Below are positions 25,964 through 38,162 of a stretch of 64,000 nt of DNA, one piece after another (position 1 is the first letter of the stretch; the number at the start of each line of letters is the position of its first letter). The DNA lies in the NCBI RefSeq assembly GCF_006345805.1, contig NC_043016.1:14322001-14386000 (forward strand), written 5' to 3'. The translations under genes were made by a program, and so were the position numbers. The DNA comes from Octopus sinensis. Its lineage: Eukaryota. Under the pieces are notes generated by a model. The model ran no database searches and was not told the origin of the DNA. It was given only the letters and a program-made list of their open reading frames with translations.

Positions 25964-28745
25964 ATGTAGAAAAAAAACAAATGCATAAAGTAGTAATTGC
26001 AGCAGGTCGATAAAAGTTCCATTATGGAAAGATCTTAATATTGTGTTGTAAACTGGGAGTCTCCAGAAGAAGCAGTAGGTAAGTCTGTTGTATTGATATA
26101 GCATAGTCTGGTAGGCAGGTGAATGCTGAAAGGTAAAGGTGTTGTGATTTATCTTTACAGCTGTTTCAAGAACAGTTCATAACTGATACTGTTCTCTGCA
26201 TGTTGCCTGCATTTAAATTTTTGTGGCAACCTATTCCTCTTTTAGAAATACTGGATTGAAACTCAGTGGAGAAATGAATAGATATGAGTAAGGGCAGAAT
26301 TGTGGAAGTGAGCATAAGCAAAGTGACACAGTAAGGTCTAAAACTAGACATGTAGATAAAAAGTTCTATGTGTTTATATAGGTAGGGGCTAAACATACTT
26401 CAGGAGATAATATGGGATGATATAGGTAGGGGCTAAATGTACTTAAGGGGATGATATGAGACACAGAAGTGTAGTGGGGGAGGTTGGGTGTTATTAGTTC
26501 AGTGACCTGCCAGGATGTGGTGAAGTGTGATAGAGAACCTAAAGTTAATGAGGGGAAGTATGATATTTAAAGATAATGTATATATTCAGAAGCGCTATCT
26601 GTTTGGTAGGTATAGATAAACGGTCAGTGAAAGATAGGTTAAGCTAAGAAAATGGAGGGAAAAGGAATATAAATAAAGCCTAGATAAAATAGCCTTCAAC
26701 ATTTCCATTATCTTAGTCATAAGTATAGAAACTTGCCGAAAATGTTAAATTAATTGTTGTTTATAAAATATAAAATGAGGACATGAAATACATTTCAGAG
26801 ATTTGCATTTGTTGATTGTAGACAGCTATTATTAATATACTTATAGTGTAAATGTAAAAGATAAAAATTAAATATATATTTAGTAATTACTTAGGATATC
26901 TACAAATGTAGCTGGAAAAGTAACAATGGAGTATAACCTAAAAAATTTTTAATTTGCGTATTTAATAAAGATATTGAGAAATGTAAGTGTGAATATAATG
27001 ACCCAAGCCAGAATGGACAACAGACGTAAAGTGATGATTGATAATGAGATATAACTTGATGCAAGAAGTTAAAATGGGATGTAATGAATTAAGGTTTGTG
27101 TGGATGGATGGAGTGAGGAAAGCTTTGGTGGTTAGAGGCGTTGGCTTGAGAGGGGCAAGAGAGTTTATAAATGATAGGAAAGCTTGGAGAATTTTTGTGG
27201 ATGGATGAGTGAATTCTGATGTTGCTCAAAGAGGTACAGAACCAGCATGATGTGGCAGGAGTGAACCAGCATATGCTGCTGATATTGTGGGTTGCATTCT
27301 ATGCCTTGACCTGAGCATAGAATGGGGCTCACCCCTTTGAGCTGAGAAATGAATGGGATGCCTGGTGAGCTAAATATCGAAAGTTAATGTTGGCGCCAAT
27401 ATATATTTCAGTGGAGTTTATGAACAGTGCATTTATAAGCTACCTTGTATCTGCAGCAGTTATCTTTCAAGGGGCAATTATTAGGTACCCTACAGTCGCC
27501 TCTCTTCTTATCAGATGTACATCCGCAATGATTATTATTACTATTGTTATTAAGATGTCTATCAGTAGTTAAATCATTCTTATTTTGATGAAAGTGACAT
27601 TAATATCACACATATTAATATGTATATTCAACCAATGTGCATAAATTTTGAAAACATATTTAATACATCATACATATTCAAAATATAGCGATATATAAAT
27701 ATAATAAAATATATAGATTTATCAATACATTAAAAATAAATAACTGCATAAATATATGAATATGTTAGGCAAGCTACTTACTAGTAGCTTGCTTACTAAC
27801 CACATGGTTCCGGGTTCAGTCCCCCTGCATGGCACCTTGGGCAAGTGTCTTCTACTATAGCCTCCGGCTGACCAAATCCTTGTGAGTGGATTTGGTGGAC
27901 GGAAACTGAAAAAAGCTCGTCGTATATGTGTGTGTGTGTGTGTGCGTTTGTCCCCCAACATCGTTTCACAACTGATGCTGGTGTGTTTATGTCCCTGTAA
28001 CCTAGCGGTTTGATAAAAAGAGACTGATAGAATCAGTACTAGGCTTACAAAGAATAAGTCCTGGAGTTGATTTACTCGACTAAAGGTGGTGCTCCAGCAT
28101 GACTGAAGTCAAATGACTGAAACGAATAAAAGAATAGCCTCGGGCTGACCAAACCCTTGTGAGTAGATTTGGTAGACGGAAACTGAAAGAAGCCCATTGT
28201 ATATATATATATATATATATACGTGTGTGTCTGTGTTTGACCCCCCACCATTGCTTTACAACCATAACTTAGTGGCTTGGCAAAAGAGACTGATAGAATA
28301 AATAGTAGGCTTACAAAGAATAAGTCTTGGTGTCAATTTGTTTGACTAAAGGCAGTGCTCTAACGTAGCTGCTTCAAATGACAGAAACAAATAAAAGAAT
28401 ATATAGAGTAATGTAATGAATTAAGGTTTGTGTGAATGGATGGAGTGAGGAAAGCTTTGGTGGTTAGAGGCGTTGGCTTGAGAGAAGCAAGAGAGTTTAT
28501 AAATGATAGGAAAGCTTCAAAAGTTTATTAAAAATCAAAATTTGGTAAAAAATATTTCCAAATATGATAAATATTTTAGCATATCAATGGCAATACCATA
28601 CAACATTGGAAGCAGAAACAGCTGTTAGGTGGGATGCAGTCTATTTGTATTGAATTAAATAATAATTGATGTAAGTCAATTGTTGTTCATCGATATTTTT
28701 TTTCATTTTCTGTCTTCTTTAAATTTATATATATATATATACACA

Positions 28746-29982
28746 CAATGGTTGGACAAAATAATGGAAACACCTAGCATCATAGCATCATAATTTTGAA
28801 ATATTTATAAAACTATCAAAAGCTTGTTTATTTTTATGCTTTTTGATTTATTATAAGTGTTGCTTAGTATATTTTGCTAAAATTGCTGTTTCTTTTCAGA
28901 TATTATCAGAAAAATGGTAATTAAAATTCATTAAAATGACAGATCTATCAGAATTTCAAAGAGGTCAGATTGTTGGTGCTTGTATGGCAAGCGCCAGCAT
29001 AACGAAAACAGCCAAAATGTTTGGTGTATCAAGAAGTACTGTCTTGAAAGTAATGACAGCCTTTGAGAAAGAGGGAAAAACCTCCTTGTCGAGACAAAAC
29101 TCCAGAAGAAAACCAAAACTTTCAGATAAGGACTGTTGGACTCTTACACGAATTGTTAGAAAAAATCACAAAAGTATAGCTCCCAGAATTACTGCAGAGC
29201 TTAATGACCACCTCAAGAACATAATTTCCACAAAAACTGTTCATCGGGGGCTGCACAAAGCCGGATTTCATGGGTGGGTTGCAATCAGAAAACCACTACT
29301 TTCAAAAACAAATGTTACAAAGTGCTTAGAGTGGAGTAAAAACCTACAGAATTGGTCTCTAGAGCAGTGGAAGAATGTTATTTTCTCAGATGAGTCATCC
29401 TTTACAGTATTTTGAAGCACTGGTCGAGTATATGTGTGGAGATAGCCAAAAGAACCATTTGACCCAGATTGCCTTCTTCCAACTGTTAAATATGGAGGAG
29501 GATCTGTGATGATCGGGGGAGGGGTGGCTATATCTTGGAAATCCACCAGCCCAATGGTTTCTCTTCATGGCAAAATTAATAGTGTAGACTATTTAGGCAT
29601 TTTATCTCATCAAATCCATCCTATGTTAATGCACCAATTCACACAGTTAAAGTTGTTACTGAATTGCACAAGGAACATTCTAATGAAGTTGAACATCTTA
29701 TCTGGCCACCACAGTCCCCAGATTTCAATATTATTGAACATTTAGAAAAACGTTTTAGAAAAACAAGTAAAGAGTCAGTATCCTCCACCATCATCACTAC
29801 AAGAACTGGAGACTGTTTTAGCTGAAGAATGGACAAAAATTCCTTTGGAAACAATTCAAACTTTGTATGAGTCCATACTTCATAGAATTCAAGTTGTAAT
29901 TACTGTCAAAGGCGGTCCTACCCTATATTAAAATAAATTTGTTTGAAATTTTAAGGTGTTTCCATTATTTTGTCCAACCCCC
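28746..29982 (+). mobile_element. Tc1-family DNA transposon, full-length but defective
   Basis: 26-bp perfect TIRs ggttggacaaaataatggaaacacct (28750-28775 / 29954-29979). Transposase MTDLSEFQRGQIVG...WKNVIFSDESSF...VKYGGGSVM...WPPQSPD with stops. Confidence 0.92.
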
Positions 29983-30002
29983 ATATATATATGTATTTAT
30001 GT

Positions 30003-30710
30003 ATTAGGTTGTCTCATACAAAATGTCGTATTTGAAATGGGTTTCTTATGAGTCATCTATAAATGGATTTTTAATGAGTTTCTATGTATTTGCTTGTGTT
30101 TACACTTAAAACTTTTTCTTTTAGACAATACTATTATTCAAAATTGCTACCCACAGCTCTTATGACAATGTAGACAACTGAACAATACCGAGTGATGTTC
30201 TTGTACGAATACAAGTTGGGTCACTCTGCTACTGAAGCTCTATGAAACATCAAGTAGACTTTTGGTAATCATTCTATTGACATTAGAACTGTTCAGAGAT
30301 GGTTCCAAAGACTTCGTTCAGGAAATGAAAGCCTTAAAAATGAACCAAGAGGAAGACCAAAATCAGTTATACGGCATGATGAATTGAATGCTTTGGTTAA
30401 ACGAAATCCGAGAACAATGGTCTGAAAAATCAGATCAGAGCAACAGACACCTCCCAAAACTGCTTCTCAACACTGAAGAAAATTGGAAAAGTCAAAAAGG
30501 TGAATAGATCTGTTCCCCATCAACTTAATGAGATTCAAAGAAACAGATGCCTTACAGTGTGTTCCATGTTGATTTCTCAGTTGGAAAGAGAACCATTTTT
30601 GTATGAACTTATTACCTGTGATGAGAAATGGATGCTCATTGATAACAGCAGGACAGGATAGTGATTAGATGCAGGAGTTTTACCAAAACACTACCCAAAA
30701 CCCTAAAAAG
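30003..30710 (+). mobile_element. Mariner-like transposon 5' remnant
   Basis: ttaggttg terminus; FLYEYKLGHSA..., TVQRWFQRLRSGNESL..EPRGRP, ITCDEKW in broken frames. Confidence 0.75.
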
Positions 30711-32714
30711 TTGGGAGTTCTTCATTATTCATTTTGGCAGCAAGGAAAAAGTTGGGAGTTCTTCATTATTCATTTTGGCAGCAAGGAAATTCTTCAACAG
30801 AAGAAGGAAATTCTTCAATTTGGTGGCCACTAAGGAAACTAATGACCTGTGAGAGCTGTACAGGTGTTGAAAGGTGCAGTGAGTAAAATGTAAGTCAACA
30901 GCAATTTCAGTGACGAGCTTAGTTTAAGGATAAGAATTCATCAAAGCTCAGTCTTCAGTCTTCAGTCTTCTCCTTCTTCTTGTAGTCTTACAAGACATCA
31001 CAGAGGAGTCTAAAACTGGCTATCCATGGGAACTCCTATAGGCTGATGCTCTGGTTTTCTGAGCTGAAATTATAAGAGGATTTAGAGAGAAAATCCCAGG
31101 CATGGAAGCTAAACCAGGAGCCAAGCGGTCTTAATGTAGAGTCAGCAAAGACAAAGGTTCTAGTAAGTAGGAAAGAAGAATGGATCCTGATACCTTCATT
31201 GAAATAACCTTGCTCAATATGCAGAATAATAGTATGCATAAATTATATATGCTGCCACTGAGGTTGACTTTTGTCTTTCAGCCTTTTGGGGTCAATAAAA
31301 TATATACCTATTGAGAACTGGGGCTCGTATAATTGACTTCCCCCTTCCCTCAAAATTTCTGACCCTGTGCCAAAAATTAGAAAGCAACAAAACAGATAGA
31401 TCCACCAGATTAATCAGCTGTAATCATCTTGGCTCATTATAATTATATTTCTGCTCACTGATGACTCAATGTTTTAATCATATTTTAATCCTGACAAAGA
31501 TTTTGTTTTTTTAAATTTCTCTCAAATATAGATACTGTACTTGTTTATTACTGTAAATTGAAACCCATCTAAACAAGCAGGTACTCTCCTTCCCCCTCAG
31601 AGAACTGTCATGACATTTACTGCCCCACTTCTGGGCTCACAATGCCTCTGCTTCACTCGGCAAGGGAACCTACCACCTAAATTAAGAACCAATGCACTAG
31701 ATATGCACCGTAATTCAATGAAGAGATTCAGTGCTGATAGCATATCTACACAACCTTATGTAACATTACAAAGGGAAGTAATTTAATCAGTTAGCTTAGG
31801 AGTGTACAAAATTAGTGTTAACTATAAGAGCAACACCAATTCACATGCATACTTAAGAACTGCATATATTCTGCCATCACCATCCTCACCCAATTTCATA
31901 CACAGCACATGGCCCAGTGGTTAGGGCAGCGGACTCGTGGTCATAGGATCGCGATTTCGATTCCCAGACCGGGCGTTGTGAGTGTTTATTGAGCGAAAAC
32001 ACCTAAAGCTCCATGAGGCTCCAGCAGGGGATGGTGGTGATCCCTGCTGTACTCTTTCACCACAACTTTCTCTTACTCTTACTTCCTGTTTCTGTTGTAC
32101 CTGTATTTCAAAGGGCCGGCCTTGTCACTCTCTGTGTCACGCTGAATATCCCCGAGAACTACATTAAGGGTACACGTGTCTGTGGAGTGCTCAGCCACTT
32201 ACACATTAATTTCACGAGCAGGCTGTTCCGTTGATTCGGATCAACCGGAACCCTCGTCGTCGTAACCGACGGAGTGCTTCCACACATATTTGTGCTTATC
32301 TTGTGTGTGTGTGTGTTTGTGAAATCAGATGTTTGTGCAGGCTGGAACACAGAGTGTTTTCCAGTTGAAGTCAGATGTAGAGGATTCGTGGGAAACTGTG
32401 AGGTGACTGTCGTTATCGTTAGGCCTAACTTACCATGAATGATATCCAAACTACTGTGGAAAAGGCTAGCCACTGGAATTGGTTAAAAAGAGACAATGAG
32501 TGATGGCTAGAAGAATATTGTGCTATATCTGATAACCAGTTGATTGAGTAAGTGGGGACCACATGTCAGTGAGTGGGGCCAGTGTACACTGATGGCGTTG
32601 AGAGGTAAGCCCCAAAATGGCACGCATTCTCTCCCGATGACCCCCATACACTTGCTGGCTTCCAGTATGTGGAACTCTCAGCTGGTAACACTTGCATGAG
32701 CAAATTGTTTGCAA

Positions 32715-32745
<31 letters not shown>

Positions 32746-33284
32746 CATCATCGTTTAACGTCCGTTTTTCATGCTAGCATGGGTTGGATGGTTCGGCTGG
32801 AGTTTGGGAAGCCAGGAAGCTGCACCAGGCTCCAGTCTGATCTGGCAGCGTTTCTACAGCTGGATGCCCTCCTTAATGCCAACCAATCCATGAGTGTAGT
32901 GAGTGCTTTTTACATGATATATATGTATATACATTCATCATCATTTAACGTTTGCTTTTCATGCTGGCATGGGTTGGACAGTTTGACTGAGGACTGGCGA
33001 ACCAGATGGCTGCACCAGGCTCCAATCTGATCTGGCAGAGTTTCTACAGCTGGAGCCCTTCCTAATGCCAACCACTCCAAGAGTGTAGTGGATGCTTTTT
33101 ACATGCCACCGCATGAGGGCCAGTCAGGCAGTACTGGTAACGGCCATGCTCAAATGGTGTTTTTTACGTGCCACTTGCACAGGAGCCAGTCCAGCAGCAC
33201 TGGCAACGACCTCACTCAAATGTTTTTTCACGTGCCACCAGCACAAGTGCCAGTAAGGCGACGCAGGTAGCGATCACGCTTGAA

Positions 33285-34457
33285 TATATATTTTTGAAAT
33301 TGTCTGATAATACAGACATAGGCCGACCCAAATATGTCAATAAATTAACATTGATATTTTTTACCATTATTACAATCATCTGAAATGGAACTTCCAAAGC
33401 ACGATATTCAAGCAATTTTGCTATTCAGCTTCAAAAAAGGACATAAAGCAGCTAAAACTGCTTGCGATATTAACAAAATATTTGGTAAGGGAATGACCAG
33501 TGAGTGGTCAGCTCAAAAATGGTTTAAACGATTTCGCAGTACAGACCTGAGGCTTGAAGATCATGAGTGTAGAGGATGCCCATCTGTATCGATGACAGTC
33601 AATTAAATACTGTCGTTGAGAAAAATCCATGTAAAATCACTCAAGAACTGGCAAAAGAACTTCAAGTTTGCCAGAAAACTGCCTGCAACTTTTTGCATGT
33701 GATTGGAAAATCCAAAAAGCTCAAGCAATGAGTACCACATGATTTGAATGAAAATCCGAAAATGCACAGATATGAAATTTTGCTCATCACTTCTTCTCTA
33801 TAACCAGACTGTTCCATTTCTCAACCGTATGGTAACTTGCGATGAAAAGTAGATTCTGTATAATAAAAAAAAAAAAACTTGCTTCCTAGCGGTTGGACCA
33901 AAATGAAACACCAAAAATCTTCCCTAAGCCCGAGCTCTTTAAAAAGAAGGTTATGGTGACTGTTTGGTGGTGTACTGCGGGACTCACCCACTGGAAAAAC
34001 CATTACTGCAGAAACATATGAAATTGCCAAATTGAATGAAAAACTGCTGCTCCTCCGTCCAAGACTGGTCAACAGAAGAGGGCCAATCACTCTTCATGAC
34101 AATGCTTGACCACATGTTTCACTAATGGAAGTTGAGGGAACTTGGCTACAAAGTTCTTCCCCACCCAGCTTATTCCCCAGACCTTTCTCCTACCGACAAC
34201 CACTTTTTTTAAGCACCTTGGTGATTCCCTGTGAGAGAAGGAGTTCAAAAATCAAACCAATGCTGAAAGTGTATTCAAAGAGTCCATTAGTTCCAGAACT
34301 CCAGATTTTAATGTTACCGGAATAAACAAACTTGTAACTCATTGCCAAAAATATGTTGGTTGTGATGGTAATTATTTTCATGAATAAAATTTCTGCATTG
34401 TTGAAATATATTGTTATTAATTTCATGTTTCAAAACATTGCTTACATTTTACTCAGC

Positions 34458-34462
<5 letters not shown>
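33285..34462 (+). mobile_element. Degenerate mariner transposon
   Basis: MELPKHDIQAILLFSFKKGHKAA...WFKRFRS, VTCDEK, LHDNA, PP.YSPDL remnants; ends ...ctcagcctgata. Confidence 0.8.
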
Positions 34463-34491
<29 letters not shown>

Positions 34492-34556
34492 GGTCCCGGG
34501 TTGAGTCAGGGTTAACCACATTAAATAAGGTACTCAATACATAGCAGAGTAAATTA

Positions 34557-34650
34557 ATTTATTTTATAGAAGGAGCTTCTACAGGACTAGAACTGTTTCA
34601 TTCAAATGAAACAGTTCTAGTCCTGTAGAAGCTCCTTCTATAAAATAAAT
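34557..34650. repeat. 94-bp palindrome with a 2-nt loop
   Basis: ...gaactgtttcatt-ca-aatgaaacagttc... Confidence 0.95.
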
Positions 34651-35321
34651 ATATATATATATATTACTCTTTTACTCTTTACTCTTTTACATGTTTCAGT
34701 CATTTGACTGCGGCCATGCTGGAGCTCCGCCTTTAGTCGAGCAAATTGACCCCGGGACTTATTCTTTGTAAGCCCAGTACTTATTCTATCGGTCTGTTTT
34801 GTCGAACTGCTAAGTGACGGGGACGTAAACACACCAGCATCGGTTGTCAAGCAATGCTAGGGGGACAAACACAGACACACAAACATATACACACACACTT
34901 ATATATATATACATATATACGACAGGCTTCTTTCAGTTTCCGTCTACCAAATCCACTCACAAGGCATTGGTCGGCCCGGGGCTATAGCAGAAGACACTTG
35001 CCCAAGATGCCACGCAGTGGGACTGAATCCGGAACCATGTGGTTGGTTAGCAAGCTACTTACCACACAGCCACGTATACATACAAAAAAAAAAAGACAAG
35101 CTTAAAATTTTACAATGATTAACAATCAAGTATAAATATGTTTTTTTGCTTTTTTAATAGAGCAAATTTACTCAGATTACATAGACTCAGAGAATTAGCA
35201 TAGAGAAGGTGTTACAAGGCCAACAGCTGTCTATTAAAAAAATATAGATTCATACTTGATTGTTAACCATGTGCAAAATTGAAGCCTTCCTTCTCTTTTT
35301 ACATGTGTGTGTGTATATATA

Positions 35322-35449
35322 TAAATGAGAGAATGGAGTCGAACGACGATTTTAACAAAATTCCTTTATTCTCGACATATGTTTCGAAACATATGTCGAG
35401 AATAAAGGAATTTTGTTAAAATCGTCGTTCAACTCCATTCTCTCATTTA
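35322..35449. repeat. 128-bp near-perfect palindrome with no spacer
   Basis: Centre gtttc|gaaac at 35385/35386, one mismatch. Confidence 0.95.
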
Positions 35450-35602
35450 CTTATAGTTAAAAAAAAAAACACAAATTTCCACACGAAAACACGTGATTTC
35501 TGCCCTTGGCATGTAGCTTCAACCGTGTTTTCTGACGTGAATTTGCTACCCGGGTATCGGTTAACCGAATTATCCATACTAGGATCATTCATTCAGCTAC
35601 TT

Positions 35603-35651
<49 letters not shown>

Positions 35652-35652
35652 C

Positions 35653-35703
<51 letters not shown>

Positions 35704-35726
35704 CATATGTATATATATATATATAA

Positions 35727-35910
35727 ATAACAGAGGAATTCAAGACATGCTGCCCCTGGGAGCTCCTCTGTGTTGATAACCTTGCTCTAATAGCTGAGTC
35801 ACTGCTAGTTCTGGAGATAAAGTTTAGGGTGTGGAAGCAAGGTCTTGAATTGAAGGGCCTTAGGGTTAAGCTAGCCAAAAACAAAGTCTTAGTAAGTAGA
35901 AAGGCTGTCA
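35727..35910 (+). mobile_element. RTE RT fragment (YADD region)
   Basis: Similar to 40600-40790 of the intact element. Confidence 0.8.
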
Positions 35911-37051
35911 AATCTTTTACTTGTTGCAGTCATTTGACTGCACCCATGCTGGAGCACTGACTTTTAGTCAAAGAATTCAACCCCAGGACTTATTCTTTGT
36001 AAGCCTAGTACTTATTCTATTGGTCTCTTCTCTTGAACTGCTAAGTTATGGGGATGTAAACACACCAACATCGGTTGACAAGCAATGGTGGTGGGGACAA
36101 ACACACACAAATACACACACACACACACATAAATATACAATGTGCTTTAGTCAGTTTCTGTCTACCAAATCCACTCAAGGATTTGGTCGGCCCAAGGCTA
36201 TAGTAGAAAGCACCTGCCTAAGGTGGCACATAATGGGACTGAACCTGGAACTATTTGGTTGGGATGCATGATTCTGACCACACAGCCACACCTGCATATA
36301 TGAACTTTAAAAGTCAAGAAGTATGAGAGGTGAACATATATTTATTTAATTATGCGACATCCTTTGGGTTACAGCCGTTTCGCAGCCTTCATGTAGTATT
36401 GATTTTGGTGTCAAAGAAATTATGCATATGTGCTTGATAGGGGGCTTGCTTCCCAACCACATGGTTCGTATATGTATGTATGGATGCATGCATGCATGCA
36501 TATGTATATATTCGTGTGTCTGTGTTTGTCTCCCCACCATTGCTTGACAAACGATGTTGGTGTGTTTACGTCCCTGTAACTTAGTGGCTCGGCAAAAGAG
36601 ACTGACAGAATAAGTACTAGGTTTACAAAGAATAATTCCTGGGGCCGATTTGTTTGACTAAAGGTGGTGCTCCAGCATGGCTGCAGTCACATGACTGAAA
36701 CAAGTAAAAGAAAAAACACAATACAATTGTATATGTACAAATCGATACAAATAAAGCTAGCAAGCTCATGAGATCACCAGGACATCATTGTTACACCAAT
36801 GAACCCACTCGATGTGTATGTATGTGTGTGTTTTACTTTTTACTGTCTCCTTGCCTTGACATAGTTGTAAGCGAGTGTCACTGTTATGCAGGAGGTGTCG
36901 TTTGTTTCTAATCTTCAATGTAATCATGCATGGGCATGATGAAATATTACCTTACTTGAAACATGATGATTGGTGATGGGAATGACATCTGGTTATGCAA
37001 AATCTGCCTGCATAAATCAGGTCTGATTCATGCAAGCATACAGCAATGGAT

Positions 37052-37083
<32 letters not shown>

Positions 37084-38129
37084 TTACATGAATGATATTT
37101 CAACCAAGACATTACAATTGTACCTGATTGTTCAAGTGATTCGCTTCTGTATATCTACAAATACTATTTACTCAATTGTTTTTATATTTATCAGTGATTT
37201 TTCCTGTTGTTATAAGTTAAGTTAATTTTTTGGCTCAAAAAGCAAAAGCAAGGCCATGTAGGGGGACATGGAGTTATGTACAGGGAGGCTGTTCATGCTA
37301 AGAGTTATGATGCACTGTTTCCTATCATTAATAAAACTGTTGACATTTTTGATAACATGGGCATGTTAGTATACATATATTTGTATGTCCGCTGATATTG
37401 TTGGGTGATTTGTCTAAAAGCAGAGATAATCTCATTAAATCAAGTTTTTATCTTCTGGTATTTGATATACCCTTAATCAACATTACTGTTCAGATACATG
37501 TCACTGGCCATTCTGAGTTATTTCTCTCAGCATACTTTTGTTCTTGTGTGTGTGTGAGAGAGAGAGAGAGAGTTTGGAATAATTTAGTTTTTTTCTGTAA
37601 GTTTTATCCCTTTTTGTCACCTTTTATATTATATATATATATATTTGTAGCTGTGATACCAGTGCCGGTGACACGTAAAAAGCACCCACTACACTCACGG
37701 AGTGGTTAGCGTTAGGAAGGGCATCCAGCCGTAGAAACATTGCCAGATCAGACTGGGCCTGGTGCAGCCTTCTGGCCTCCCAGACCCCAGTTGAACCGTC
37801 CAACCCATGCTAGCATGGAAAGCGGATGCTAAATGATGATGATGATGATGATATATATATATATTGTGTCTGTGTGTGTAGGCATGTGGCCTAGGGATTA
37901 GGGTCACTCATGGTCACTAGATCATGGTTTCAATTTCTGAGCAAAGCATTTCTTTATACATTGCTCCAGTCCACTCAGCCATAAAATGACTCACACTGTG
38001 ACAGGCTAACATTCCAATCGGGAGACAAGTTAGCCTGTTTACCTAGCCAGCAGGATGGTATATCATTTGAAGGCTAAAACAGTGCAAAGTGCATTGTGAC
38101 CAACGTTTGATAGTCTCATTGATCACGTG

Positions 38130-38161
<32 letters not shown>

Positions 38162-38162
<1 letters not shown>

